Below the pieces are notes generated by a model, which was not told the DNA's origin, ran no database searches, and saw nothing but the letters and a program-made list of their open reading frames with translations. This document shows, in pieces, positions 1-11,450 of a DNA stretch of 36,430 nt; position 1 is the stretch's first letter, and every line of letters begins with the position of its first letter. Both the position numbers and the translations under genes were made by a program. The stretch is from Octopus bimaculoides (lineage: Eukaryota): assembly GCF_001194135.2 (NCBI RefSeq), contig NC_068994.1, positions 28,077,242-28,113,671 on the forward strand. Direction: 5' to 3'.

Positions 1-1
1 G

Positions 2-500
2 TTTTTTTTTTTTTTTTTTCATTATCTGTGTGTGATTCATTGTATTACTTGGGGCTGTGTTTCTGAAAGATGAGTGATATATAAACAACTACAACACAGG
101 TTATGCCTGCCTACTTAACGCTCGCTAAATGAAAATCTATGCTTATAGCCTTAACGGAGAATCTTGCCTCTCACAATATAGAAACATTTCTCGTGGCACC
201 AGCAGACAAAACGGAAAAGGCGGTGCCCCAGATAATAGCGAGGAAGATGCGCGGGAACAGCCACTCTAATTCGCGGGGCTGGCACTTGCAGACTGCAATC
301 TCTGCCTCGATAGAGGTGATCAGGGATATGGTCCGGGGGCCAAGAACGCAGGAGGCCTCAACTGTCACAGGCTCAATCATAAACTTGTCGCAGAGCGACC
401 AGTACCTTGACAGTTTTTTTTTTATATCAGCCTAACAAGCCTGGGCTGGTAGCTGACAAGACCAACTTGTATTTGTGTATGTGCAGGTGACGGGATGAAT
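2..500 (-). mobile_element. 3' end of a CRE-clade-like non-LTR retrotransposon: decayed restriction-like endonuclease C-terminus, 3' UTR and poly(A) tail
   Basis: Minus strand reads KKLSRYWSLCDKFMIEPVTVEASCVLGPRTISLITSI...PRELEWLFPRIFLAIIWGTAFSVL* (stop 171-173). This fits the CRE-type RLE tail pattern K..KY..L...F.P.AVET.G..G...PRE..FL.QR.S.AIQRGNA.SVL. About 150 nt of UTR follow, then A18 (T run at 2-19 on +). Confidence 0.65.
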
Positions 501-976
501 ATCTGAATAAGTGTGTATAATATTATGTATACTAGCGGGACCCATGAATATTTCATGGAATTAATAGTAAACTTGTTGGATTATTCCTGAAAACTTTATC
601 CAAAAAGCCTGAAGTGTAGCCAGTGTTGTGTCTGTATGGAAAGATAGTCGCTCATCTACTACTCATTGAAAAGTGAAGAAATTGGAATACGATGATTACT
701 TAATGCACTTTATATATACATACTTTATATATTTTATGCACAATTTTATAGACTTAATACACAGCACTCATAAAATAAATATTCACTCTTATTTTTCTCA
801 TAAACAGAAAAAATTACATTTAAAAATTTACATAGTCACAATTTCATATCTAGAAAACAAAAACTTTACAGTAAAAATAATTATTTTATATGTAAAATAT
901 AGGACTCACGATTTCATGGGGGTAAAAATTTAATGCAACATGGCATGCTCTGAAAACCATATCGTTGGTAACTTAT

Positions 977-1124
977 ACAAGATGATGGATCATCTTAGAC
1001 AAGATGATGGATCATCTTAGACAAGATGATGGATCATCTTAGACAAGGTGATGGATCATCTTAGACAAGATGATGGATCATCTTAGACAAGATGATGGAT
1101 CATCTTAGACAAGATGATGGATCA
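977..1124. repeat. 22-bp tandem minisatellite (ACAAGATGATGGATCATCTTAG x6.7), each unit a hairpin
   Basis: Units start at 977, 999, 1021, 1043, 1065, 1087 and 1109 (partial). There is one substitution (1048). The unit is AC + AAGATGAT + GG + ATCATCTT + AG. Confidence 0.97.
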
Positions 1125-1157
1125 GAACCAATACACATTTCAATTTGCGTACACCTT

Positions 1158-1435
1158 TCAACCCAATACTCCTTTGCAGACTATGTTCTTCGCGTAAGTT
1201 CTCCCTCTTCTTTTCCCTTGTTTGTCAGTGTTGATAACTTTAACTCTCACCTCAGATAAGTTACGAGCTCTTGAGAATGCAACATATAGCTGACCATGGC
1301 CGAATACAGGTTCAGGCAAGAACAACCCCACTTTTCAAATGTCTTTCCATGTGACTTATTGATAGTCATTGCATACGACAGGCGAACGAGAAACTGGTTT
1401 CTTTCTAAAGTGAATGGCAAGTTTAGGATGCGCAT
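1158..1435 (-). pseudogene. Helitron RepHel PIF1-like helicase C-terminal fragment (one frameshift)
   Basis: LPFTLERNQFLVRLSYAMTINKSHGKTFEK, then after a frameshift GLFLPEPVFGHGQLYVAFSRARN...TYAKNIVCKGVLG*. These match the Helitron helicase motifs RRQFP.RL.FAMTINKSQGQT, VFSHGQLYVA.SR and the terminal T.N.VY.EVL. Confidence 0.92.
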
Positions 1436-1556
1436 GCGTTAAGTGATAGGTGTTATGAAACATTTAGTTCAATTAAATAAGACAATTACTTTTCATCATG
1501 CACTCACCATCGCTACCTCTACCACAACCATCGCCACCTCCACGACCACGACCACC

Positions 1557-1693
<137 letters not shown>

Positions 1694-3115
1694 GTACTTT
1701 TCTTTAATCTCACCATCAGAACATCACCCCCTGCTAAAATTATATTCCTAAATCTCCACTATATCACTACCTTCAACTAACTCTTTTAACCACGTGTCAT
1801 GGACGCTTCTCTCTCCATCTTTTCTTTCTCCCTATTTTTCTTTCTCTCTCTTCCTACCTCACTCTTCGCCGTTTCCTCTTATTCCTCCTTTTTCTTTCTC
1901 TTGTTCTCTCTTTCCCTTCACCTAATCACGTGAAAGAGTTACAATTACGTTCCCTCTACCTCATGTCATGGACGCTTCTTTCACCCTCTTTTTCTTTCTC
2001 CCTCTTTTCTTTCCCCCTCTTTTTCTCTAATAATGTGAAAGCGTTACTGACGGGCTAAGTAACGGAATGACAAGAAGAATTATTATAAGATGCCTATATA
2101 TGTATATATGTAATGGCGAATATATGCATGAACGAGTGTGAATACGGAGGCGCGTAAGCGCGTTTGTATATATCACCGTGTATATAACAAATCTTGAACA
2201 GTCACAACTAATAGTTCGTTATTTTAGCAATATCGATCGGTAAGAGTGATGAAGGTGTAATAATGACGTAGATAGAAAGTTAACAAATTTAGAAAATTAA
2301 AGAACTTAATTTACTTTATTATCCGCCAACAATTCTACAAATGTTTTTAGAGGTTTATTTCATCCCCACCTTCCTTCCATCCTTTCAGCTTTATCTACGT
2401 TACTAAGCACTTATAATGAGCAAATATGAACGGCAAAAACATTAGATACAGACTAAACTAACGGGTTACCATTTGACGCTGGCATACATAGCCCAGCAAG
2501 TCCAGATCGATCCGCCCGCCCACCCACGCATCCGTCCAGGTTCGTATCTAACACCAAAATATGATACGCCATCGATTAGCTGCCGAAGCAAAACAATACA
2601 CATAATGAGGCAGATTATTCATCAAACAAAAACCGAACAATAAGCTTGTAACTTTTTACAGCCACATGAACGACTATAATTACAACAACAACGACAATAA
2701 TAGCAATAAATATTGATTTTTTGCCTTGGTTTTGGTACAAAGTTCACATATATGTGTGTGCATGTATGTACGTATGTATATATATATATATATATATNNN
2801 NNNNNNNNNNNNNNNNNNNNNNNNNNNNNNNNNNNNNNNNNNNNNNNNNNNNNNNNNNNNNNNNNNNNNNNNNNNNNNNNNNNNNNNNNNNNNNNNNNNN
2901 NNNNNNNNNNNNNNNNNNNNNNNNNNNNNNNNNNNNNNNNNNNNNNNNNNNNNNNNNNNNNNNNNNNNNNNNNNNNNNNNNNNNNNNNNNNNNNNNNNNN
3001 NNNNNNNNNNNNNNNNNNNNNNNNNNNNNNNNNNNNNNNNNNNNNNNNNNNNNNNNNNNNNNNNNNNNNNNNNNNNNNNNNNNNNNNNNNTATATATACA
3101 TATATATACATATAC

Positions 3116-3149
<34 letters not shown>

Positions 3150-4699
3150 ACATATATATACATATATATACATAAAACAACCAGGATGCAAGCACATGAA
3201 CAGGTCTCTTTTGTCGAACTGCTCTGAATTGAGTTGCTGTCTCACAGACTTTGGCATATTGTCTGCTATTTTGTTTTGTTCTACGTCAGCTTTCGTTTCT
3301 TTTTTCTCGTTCTATTTTTGCATCGATCTACTTTGCATTTTGCCTCTAATTTTTTCTTATGTTTTTTTCTCTGTACAATGTCCCGGCTTTTAAAATATAT
3401 CTAACGCATAAACAAAGCCTGAAACATTAATCGGAAATACGAATATGTTTTATAAATTTGCCTATTTCAAGTATCGTTAGAGCAGGAAACTATCATTAAC
3501 TCTTAATTTGTGTATTAAATTGATATTTATCTCATAGGATGGAGTATTATTTTTTCTTGATTCTACCTGCAGACTTTGCAAAGATTCCTTACGTTACTTA
3601 CTCCATGAGTAGAATGTGGGATCACGTTATGATAAAAATCAGGAAACCCAGTTGCTATAACTGCGACAGCATAAACCTCTTCAGGATATTTTGCCTGGTA
3701 GTGAAAGGAAAAGTAGTGCTACCCCTCTGCTTCCCGTACTCGCAAAACGAAAGTAGCAACAACAGCAGCTTTATCAATGGCAACAGCATCATGACGCGAC
3801 GACCAATAATGATAACAACAACCGCAGAAACCCAAGCATAGCAGCAGTGAGTGACCGGTTATACCAGCGTCACAACTGATCAAGGGACATTGGGTGAAAA
3901 CCCTCCCTACACAAAAGGAAAAACTGGCACAAACAACACTGAGACTCATGCACATACATGGATATGCCACTGCTCTTCTATACTTTCGACTTTTCTCTTC
4001 CTGACTCTTTGTCAAAGGAGGAGAACGAGAGAAACTATAGCAAAAAGTTGTCTGAGGAGCGAAGAAGAGGAGGAAGAAAATCAGCGGCAGTCAGGTAACG
4101 CTGAAAGCTGGAAAGGTTGATGGGTCATCAAAGAATTTATAGTCTAACAAAAACCATTTTTGTGTCTTGGTTGTCTCATTAAGTCTCTGGTCTCTGCCAC
4201 GCAGGCTCAACGAGCGTTTGTTGTACAGATAGTTTGTTTTGCGGTCACAGTGAATGCTATCCTTGAAATGTATATATATATATATATATATATTGCAGCG
4301 TGGAAGGTGTTTATAAGCCATTTAAAAACACATAAAAGCCGTTAGATTCACTTCAAAATTTAGATTTAATNNNNNNNNNNNNNNNNNNNNNNNNNNNNNN
4401 NNNNNNNNNNNNNNNNNNNNNNNNNNNNNNNNNNNNNNNNNNNNNNNNNNNNNNNNNNNNNNNNNNNNNNNNNNNNNNNNNNNNNNNNNNNNNNNNNNNN
4501 NNNNNNNNNNNNNNNNNNNNNNNNNNNNNNNNNNNNNNNNNNNNNNNNNNNNNNNNNNNNNNNNNNNNNNNNNNNNNNNNNNNNNNNNNNNNNNNNNNNN
4601 NNNNNNNNNNNNNNNNNNNNNNNNNNNNNNNNNNNNNNTATATATATATATATATATTAATCGAAATGTACAGCATTACATATCCATTACGGTCGACTT

Positions 4700-4778
4700 T
4701 GCCAATCGGTTTCGCGCCAGGAATTCAACGGAGTTAGGTAACAGTCCGATTATGTAACCCTGCGTTCATTAGAGGTAG
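4700..4778 (-). ncRNA. Decayed type I hammerhead ribozyme at the 3' end of the Penelope element
   Basis: Minus strand: CTAATGA (CTGATGA with G>A), stem CGCAGGG...TCCTGGCG, C-GAAAC-CGATT. Stems I and III are degenerate. Confidence 0.45.
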
Positions 4779-5796
4779 CCATTGTCGAATGGAATATGGC
4801 AATTGCTCTCTGTTGTTGGAAGATGATGAAATGAATCGAGCAAGGGATTGTCTCTGGGTACAAAACATTGACGCTGGGGGTGGTTTGTTGCAAGTTGGCA
4901 AGGGTTTTCTGGAAAAGTTTGTGGAAAGTGTGTGTCTTTAAGGTTGGTGTTCTTGTGGAAGTGGAATGTGTGTAGTGGTACAATGTGTATAACCTTTGCA
5001 GGCAGGGTGGTGAACATACACATCTCTGTTCGTTAGTGTGTTTCCTTTCTTTCATATATTGGTTACATTTGTGGGGCCTTTATGTGTGTATGCGGTGTGT
5101 GTAGGAGTACAATGTGTGAGAACTTATATTGGTGGGGAGAAAGGCTATTGGGTAGGTGTCGACGTGTTGGGGCGCATGCGTTTGTTCGTGGGTGCGTTAG
5201 TGTATGTTCTGGTCAAACTCTTTGCCGGATTTTCAGGTATTGGTGGAGGGCTGAAGTTGGAGGACTAGTGATTATAGTCTTGGTGGGGCATGCGGGTATG
5301 ATAGGACGTACTTCCTTTCATGTGGGCAAAGATTAAAATTTTCGCTTCTGCTATTCAGGTAAATGTCTGGGTGTTGGGTGCTCTTTAAAACCGCTCATTT
5401 CTCAGCCAAACATAACCCGCACTTCCTGGTATTATTGAAGTACGCTTTACATTTCCCTGGAATATGCCACTTTATGATGTACTCAGTGGCGCTTTCTTTC
5501 AAAGACCATACGTGCTTGGCGAGGGATGTGGTGTTAGGAGGACTTGTGGTTGTTATAGCAGGTTTTGAAGGGACCTTCAGTTGCTCCCACAAATTTTCGC
5601 ACGTTTGGTTGCCCATTTGGTCCTGTGGCTGTTACCGCTTCCTCGTATACGGCGGTCTCCGTGTGCAGCGGACACGTTGTGTTACCCCTACATGAGCATT
5701 CTGCCTCTGCCTCAGGTGTGATCCTACCTACTAAAATCTTTTTTACACTAGGTGCACAGCTAAAGAAAATTTTCAGGGTATGCCTTTGAATATCAG
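4700..5796 (-). mobile_element. Penelope-like element 3' part: RT-EN linker, GIY-YIG endonuclease relic and 3' UTR
   Basis: Minus strand, with frameshifts and stops: HTLKIFFSCAPSVKKIL, then CSCRGNTTCP, VYEEAVT, KFVGATEGPFKTCYNNHKSS, TSLAKHVWSLKE...IKW...KCGLCLAEK and YLNSRSENFNLCPHERKY (coding about 5272-5796). These match the PLE GIY-YIG motifs CNC..CP, VY.A.V, YIG.TE..FK.R..NH, C.LCL.EK and LN.R.E....C.H. Confidence 0.88.
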
Positions 5797-5797
5797 C

Positions 5798-5851
5798 TAC
5801 ATACATACATACATACATACATACATACATACATACATACATACATACATA
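5798..5851. repeat. (TACA)n microsatellite
   Basis: Direct inspection. Confidence 0.97.
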
Positions 5852-5889
5852 CGAACTGAATCCAACATGGTGTTTTTGAGGGAATCTGA

Positions 5890-6782
5890 TCAAGCTCAGC
5901 CAAAGTTAGTAGTGGTGTCCCACAAGGTACTGTGTTGAGTCACTCCTCTTCATTATCTATATCAATGATATAGTAGACGTCATCAAACATTCGACATTGA
6001 AAATCTTTGCAGATGATTCCAAACTCCAGAAGGCCATAAACGGTATGGGAGACCAAACATGCCTTCAGTCGGATCTGTTTGTTATTGTCCAATGGGCGAA
6101 AAAGAACAATATGCTTCTAAATGAAGATAAATTTAATTTGATCCACTTTGGAAAAGAGGGTACTCTGAAACTACTATATGCCCTTCCCTCATCCAACAAC
6201 ACCAGAGACCTTGGAGTAATTGTTGATAACAATCTAAGCTGGAGTTCCCACGTAAACAACAAGTTTGACTTGGCCCGCAAGATGTGCTCCTGGATTCTGA
6301 GAACTTTCCATCATCTTTCTCTACTCTACTTTTGCCCGACCCCACCTTGAATACTGTTGCCCACTGTGGTCTCCCCACACGAAACAATTCATTAAGAAAG
6401 GGGAAGCACTTCAGAGGTCAATAATAAGAAAAATAGACGGCANNNNNNNNNNGTCGACTAAAAAAACTCAATCTCTACTCTCTCCAATGCCACCGGGAAT
6501 GCTACATATGTGTGATGTGGAAAATATTCCATCAATATTGCACAAATGATGCTGGGATCAATTTAATTTTATAATCTACCCAAAACTTTGACCCCGTGCT
6601 ATCCACCGACTACAAAAATCGAACTCAGGATACATAACATTACGCCACAACTACTTTACCCCAACCAGCTTTCTTTAATAGCATACCAAAATACGTCAAA
6701 ACGGAAATGGATCCAATAAATACAAAAGTTCACTGGACAAATTTCTTCAAAACTTCCGGACCAACCTCTTAAACCCGGATAT
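5890..6782 (+). mobile_element. CR1/Jockey-group LINE ORF2 reverse transcriptase, 3' part, decayed
   Basis: SGVPQGTVL, LFIIYIND, KIFADDSKL, CLQSDL..IVQWA, RDLGVIVDNNLSWSSHV, RPHLEYCCPLWSP, KLNLYSLQ and terminal PDQP..PGY. Several frameshifts. Confidence 0.9.
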
Positions 6783-7196
6783 ACTCTTTACTCTTTACTC
6801 TTTTACTTGTTTCAGTCATTTGACTGAGGCCATGCTGGAGCACCGCCTTTAGTCGAGCAAATCGACCCCAGGACTTATTCTTTGGAAGCCTAGTACTTAT
6901 TCTATCGGTCTCTTTTGCCGAACCGCTAAGTTACGGGAACATAAACACACCACCATCGGTTGTCAAGCGATGTTGGGGGGGACAAACACAGACACACAAA
7001 CATATACACACACATACATATACATATATACGACGGGCTTCTTTCAGTTTCCGTCTACCAAATCCACTCACAAGGCTTTGGTCGGCCCGAGGCTATAGTA
7101 GAAGACACTTGCCCAAGGTGCCACGCAGTGGGACTGAACCCGGAAACATGTGGTTGGTAAGCAAGCTACTTACTACACAGCCACTCCTACGCCTAT
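6783..7196 (-). mobile_element. Full-length octopus tRNA-derived CORE-type SINE (OR/OK-like family)
   Basis: Minus strand has an A-box TGGCTGTGTAGT, a B-box GGTTCAGTCCC and CORE-like GGCACCTTGGGCAAGTGTCTT. An internal (TG/TA)n tract follows, and the 3' tail is (AAAGAGT)n. Confidence 0.88.
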
Positions 7197-7319
7197 GTCA
7201 CCAACAAAAATAAATCTTTGCTAGAGTGGGCCATGGTGCCCCATATATGACTAAAAGACTTCACCAGGGTGGTGCTATTAAGTTTGACACAGCCTGGGCC
7301 TATACTGGCCGAAACCAAT

Positions 7320-7435
7320 CGAAGTTACCAAAGGCTTTGGTGAACCCGGAGCTACAGTAGAAGTCACTTATCCGTGTCATGCAGCGGGACTGAAGCCGAA
7401 ACCATGTCGTTGAGCAGCAAACTTCTTATCACACA
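7320..7435 (-). mobile_element. Diverged SINE head, same family as 6783-7196
   Basis: Colinear with 7070-7185 (aaggctttggt, gctacagtagaag, gggactgaa.c.gaaaccatgt.gttg). Confidence 0.7.
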
Positions 7436-7650
7436 CTCATACGCTCGCACAAACACACATACGTATATACTCATACATACACATTTATATACGCATCTAT
7501 GCATGTGCACATATTTACATACATGTATGTGTCTGTGCGTGTGTATGTGTGAATGTGTTAGCCTTTACTTGGGAAAATAAATAAAGATTAGTATCATGAA
7601 GGGCAAGTATGAAAAACGAACTAAAACGAAAGAAAGTGAAATAATAATAA

Positions 7651-7708
7651 TGATGGTGATGATGATGATGATGATGATGACGACGACGATGACGACGATG
7701 ATGATGAC

Positions 7709-7767
<59 letters not shown>

Positions 7768-7780
7768 CGGTGATGATGAT
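7651..7780. repeat. (GAT)n trinucleotide microsatellite with GAC variants
   Basis: Direct inspection. It explains the poly-M and poly-H ORFs. Confidence 0.97.
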
Positions 7781-7859
7781 CTACATTTTCTTTTTCCTTT
7801 TTCTTGATTTTAGTGTGAAATGGACATACTACATCCATTACACACTTATGACTACAATA

Positions 7860-8770
7860 TCCGGCTTATGCTCTATTTTCATTCTGGTTTGAAAAGGAAA
7901 GTCCTACAACAATCTCACTTGATTGTTTTTGAGGACTTTCATTTCTGGTTCCTAGCTCTTTTCTGTGCATGCAAAACCAAATTTCTTCAAAAATTATTGT
8001 AGCAATCTTATCATGCTTACATTTTTTTTTCTATTCGTTTTGAGCTATTTTTGGTGATTTTGGTGAACAGTTCTGTTATCTATCATTGTCTTGATCCAAT
8101 TTACCGTTATGGCCTGTTCTTCTGTTGCTAAAACTTCGATGTTTTCCTTCTATACTTCTTTCTTTAACCAAAGTCAGCTGCCTTGATCATCTCTTACCTC
8201 TTTTGAATAAGTTGAATCCAGTTTTTTCCTCCAACTACCCCACATTTTCCTACTTTTTTTCTATCTACTAAATCTATAAATAGTGTTTCATTCATAACCT
8301 CCTTAAAACGAATTTCTTTATCTTCCAGACAGGAACCAAGATTTGTTTTCTCTAGATCTATTACGTCTGCAACACTCATTAACCTCCTTCCTTCTTCTAT
8401 TCCTTTCTAATATAAACAGCTCTCACCTTCAGTTCATTCTTCGCTACTCACTAATTCCCGCTTCGTTCCATAATGATACTGCTCTCAAATAGATTGTTGG
8501 TTGTGACTTTTTATAGTATTCAATTTGGATTTTTAAACGAAAATATTCTTTCCTAAAAATTTCTATCACTTCTATACTATTGATTTAATCACTTTCCTAT
8601 ATTCCAAGATGTTGATATGATTTATCTACAATTAAGAATTTTTTATTCTCACCATCAAGCCGACCCTTCCGGTACTTTTTGATTTTCCCTACATCGTCTC
8701 CACCATAGTGCATCTCTCGGTTCCAAACATCATTCCAATGTCCTTACAATTTGCAAAAGGAACTTTGCTG
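7860..8770 (-). mobile_element. Heavily decayed R4/Dong-clade-like non-LTR retrotransposon fragment (RT C-terminus to start of RLE)
   Basis: Minus-strand remnants in order: KDIGMMFG..RC, SYQHLGI, RKEYFR, LFILER.(EGG)RRLMSVADVI.LEK, WLWLKK, EEQAI, HDKIA and EPEMKVLKNNQVRLL*DFPFQT...HKPD. They parallel R4/Dong motifs DIGM.FG.DKC, YKYLG, RLY.PR..GGRGL, AAQDQA and ILWD..IQTD...H.RPD. Confidence 0.65.
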
Positions 8771-9254
8771 ATTCTATATTATGTATACAGATGTATATGT
8801 GTGTATTTGTGTGTGCATACGTACACACACACAAACACACATACATATATAAATATATATATTTGTGTGTGATGTACATACATGTTTATCCATGTTTGTG
8901 TATGTATGAGGGTGTGTGTGTATGAGGGGGTGTATGTATGTGTGTGTGTGTGCGTGTGTGTCTGTGTGTGTGTGTGTGTGTGTGAGGGTGTGTGTGTATG
9001 AGGGGGGGATGTATGTTTAAGAATGGTCAAATGCAGTAAAATACAGCACATGTTTCTGAAGCAGAAAATTTCAATTTATAAGTGTAAATACATGGCGTGT
9101 GATGCAGTTACTATTGCTTCGTCTGTTGAAGCCTATTGACGAAGCGAGTTTCGTATCTAATTTGCTGAAACAGGCCGTGTCCGAACCCAAAATACATATT
9201 TTCATATATGTTAGTTTCAAATATTTCCAGAGTTCTTATCCCTGTTCTGTATGT

Positions 9255-9459
9255 ATATTGATCCTTTCTACTATACGCACAAGGCCTGAAATTTCGGTGG
9301 TGGGGAAATGTCGATTACATCAACCCCAGTACTCAACTTAATTGATCCCGGAAGGATGAAAGGTGAAGTTGAAGTGGCGGAATTTGAACTTAGAACGTAG
9401 AGACTGACGAAATGCCGCTAAGCATTTTGCCCAGCATTCTAATGATACTGCCAGCTCGT
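9255..9459 (-). mobile_element. Second octopus tRNA-derived SINE family, diverged copy (central motif Meta/MESC-like)
   Basis: Minus strand GAGCTGGCAG, GCTTAGCGGCATTTCGTC, GTTCTAAGTTCAAATTCCGCC and CCTTTCATCCTTCCGGG. Colinear with the copies at 23150 and 25823. Confidence 0.8.
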
Positions 9460-10500
9460 TAGAGTAACGTAATGTAGACTAATTTCACAACTCTAAACAT
9501 TATCACTCATAGTTCACTATTTGTTGAGTATTTTATTGTATTATGTCACAGACTACACTGATTGATGTGTTTTCCTGCATATGTCTAAATCACATACATG
9601 TATACATACATAAACACACACGAGGACATACCATGCTCACGCACACACGCTCACTCACACACACACACACACACACACATACNNNNNNNNNNACACACAC
9701 ACACACACACACACACAATTTTCATTGTGAAGATGTGCGAATGGAGAGAGGGTGAATTAATAATTCAAAGCAATAAAGTGCCCCGTCATACGCGTTCGCG
9801 TACATATATTTTGAGCTATTAAAAAAAGTGAAAATATAAATATAAACAATATAAACCATGAAGATTAAAGATTAGTCTATCATTGTAAATATTTATTTAG
9901 TTCCGGTGAACTATGACGTCTGTTGACCGGATGGTAACACGCTATGGCTCCTGCTCTTAACGTAACACTCAAAATTAAGATATAAAAGCAAACAAATACG
10001 AGAAGAAATGTGGAGTTGGGCTGAACATGTCTGAAAGTGATGTAAACAGAGATGGATATGGGAGGTTGGAACAGGTTATGACTCTTTATAAAATGGAGGT
10101 GGAGAGAAAACGATATAGCAGTATACTTTTTGCACTCTCAACTATTTTCTTAATCCTACAGTTGATCTTCGACTTCTCTTTCTTTATCTTTCTCTCTTCC
10201 TCTCCCATTTTCTCTCTTTCTCTCTTCCTCTCTCTTTCTCTTTATTAATTTATATATCTATATGTCTATTTCTATCTCAAGCATACACGCACATTCATAC
10301 ACACACACTATTACTCTCCCATTCAAATGAGCACAGAGTTGCAAGCTTCTTTCTTTCCCTCCTCCTTCTTTCTTCCCCTTCCTGTCTCCTACACACACTT
10401 TTCCGCCCCTCTTTATCTGCAAACTTCTCTCTTTCCTTTAAACTTTCACTTTCTTTTCTCTATTATTAATACTTCTGGGTTATTAAAGATAATCTACCTG

Positions 10501-10525
10501 ACTCTCTCGCTCTCTCTTTTCTCTC

Positions 10526-10589
<64 letters not shown>
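10501..10589. repeat. (TC)n microsatellite, imperfect
   Basis: Direct inspection. Confidence 0.95.
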
Positions 10590-10591
<2 letters not shown>

Positions 10592-11450
10592 ATATTATAC
10601 ATAATCTTCACATTCATCACCACTGTTTCCTTTTTAATATCTTACTAAATCTCCTTTCTTTCCATCTACAGAAAATTTGTTACATTAATATTCTATACAT
10701 TAACATTTTGAAGATGATTTTTTTTGTATGTGTATACTGAAATTGNNNNNNNNNNNNNNNNNNNNNNNNNNNNNNNNNNNNNNNNNNNNNNNNNNNNNNN
10801 NNNNNNNNNNNNNNNNNNNNNNNNNNNNNNNNNNNNNNNNNNNNNNNNNNNNNNNNNNNNNNNNNNNNNNNNNNNNNNNNNNNNNNNNNNNNNNNNNNNN
10901 NNNNNNNNNNNNNNNNNNNNNNNNNNNNNNNNNNNNNNNNNNNNNNNNNNNNNNNNNNNNNNNNNNNNNNNNNNNNNNNNNNNNNNNNNNNNNNNNNNNN
11001 NNNNNNNNNNNNNNNNNNNNNNNNNNNNNNNNNNNNNNNNNNNNNNNNNNNNNNNNNNNNNNNNNNNNNNNNNNNNNNNNNNNNNNNNNNNNNNNNNNNN
11101 NNNNNNNNNNNNNNNNNNNNNNNNNNNNNNNNNNNNNNNNNNNNNNNNNNNNNNNNNNNNNNNNNNNNNNNNNNNNNNNNNNNNNNNNNNNNNNNNNNNN
11201 NNNNNNNNNNNNNNNNNNNNNNNNNNNNNNNNNNNNNNNNNNNNNNNNNNNNNNNNNNNNNNNNNNNNNNNNNNNNNNNNNNNNNNNNNNNNNNNNNNNN
11301 NNNNNNNNNNNNNNNNNNNNNNNNNNNNNNNNNNNNNNNNNNNNNNNNNNNNNNNNNNNNNNNNNNNNNNNNNNNNNNNNNNNNNNNNNNNNNNNNNNNN
11401 NNNNNNNNNNNNNNNNNNNNNNNNNNNNNNNNNNNNNNNNNNNNNNNNNN

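Noticed and set aside
139-435. 98-aa plus-strand ORF
   Set aside because: Antisense to the CRE-like endonuclease tail, with no recognisable motif.
977-1124. Palindromic repeat array as a CRISPR
   Set aside because: The units are directly adjacent with no unique spacers, the context is a eukaryotic Helitron, and there are no cas genes.
7515-7892. Poly-His and poly-Met ORFs, and similar YI/HT/CV/LS/poly-N ORFs throughout the track
   Set aside because: They are translations of microsatellites or read through N gaps.
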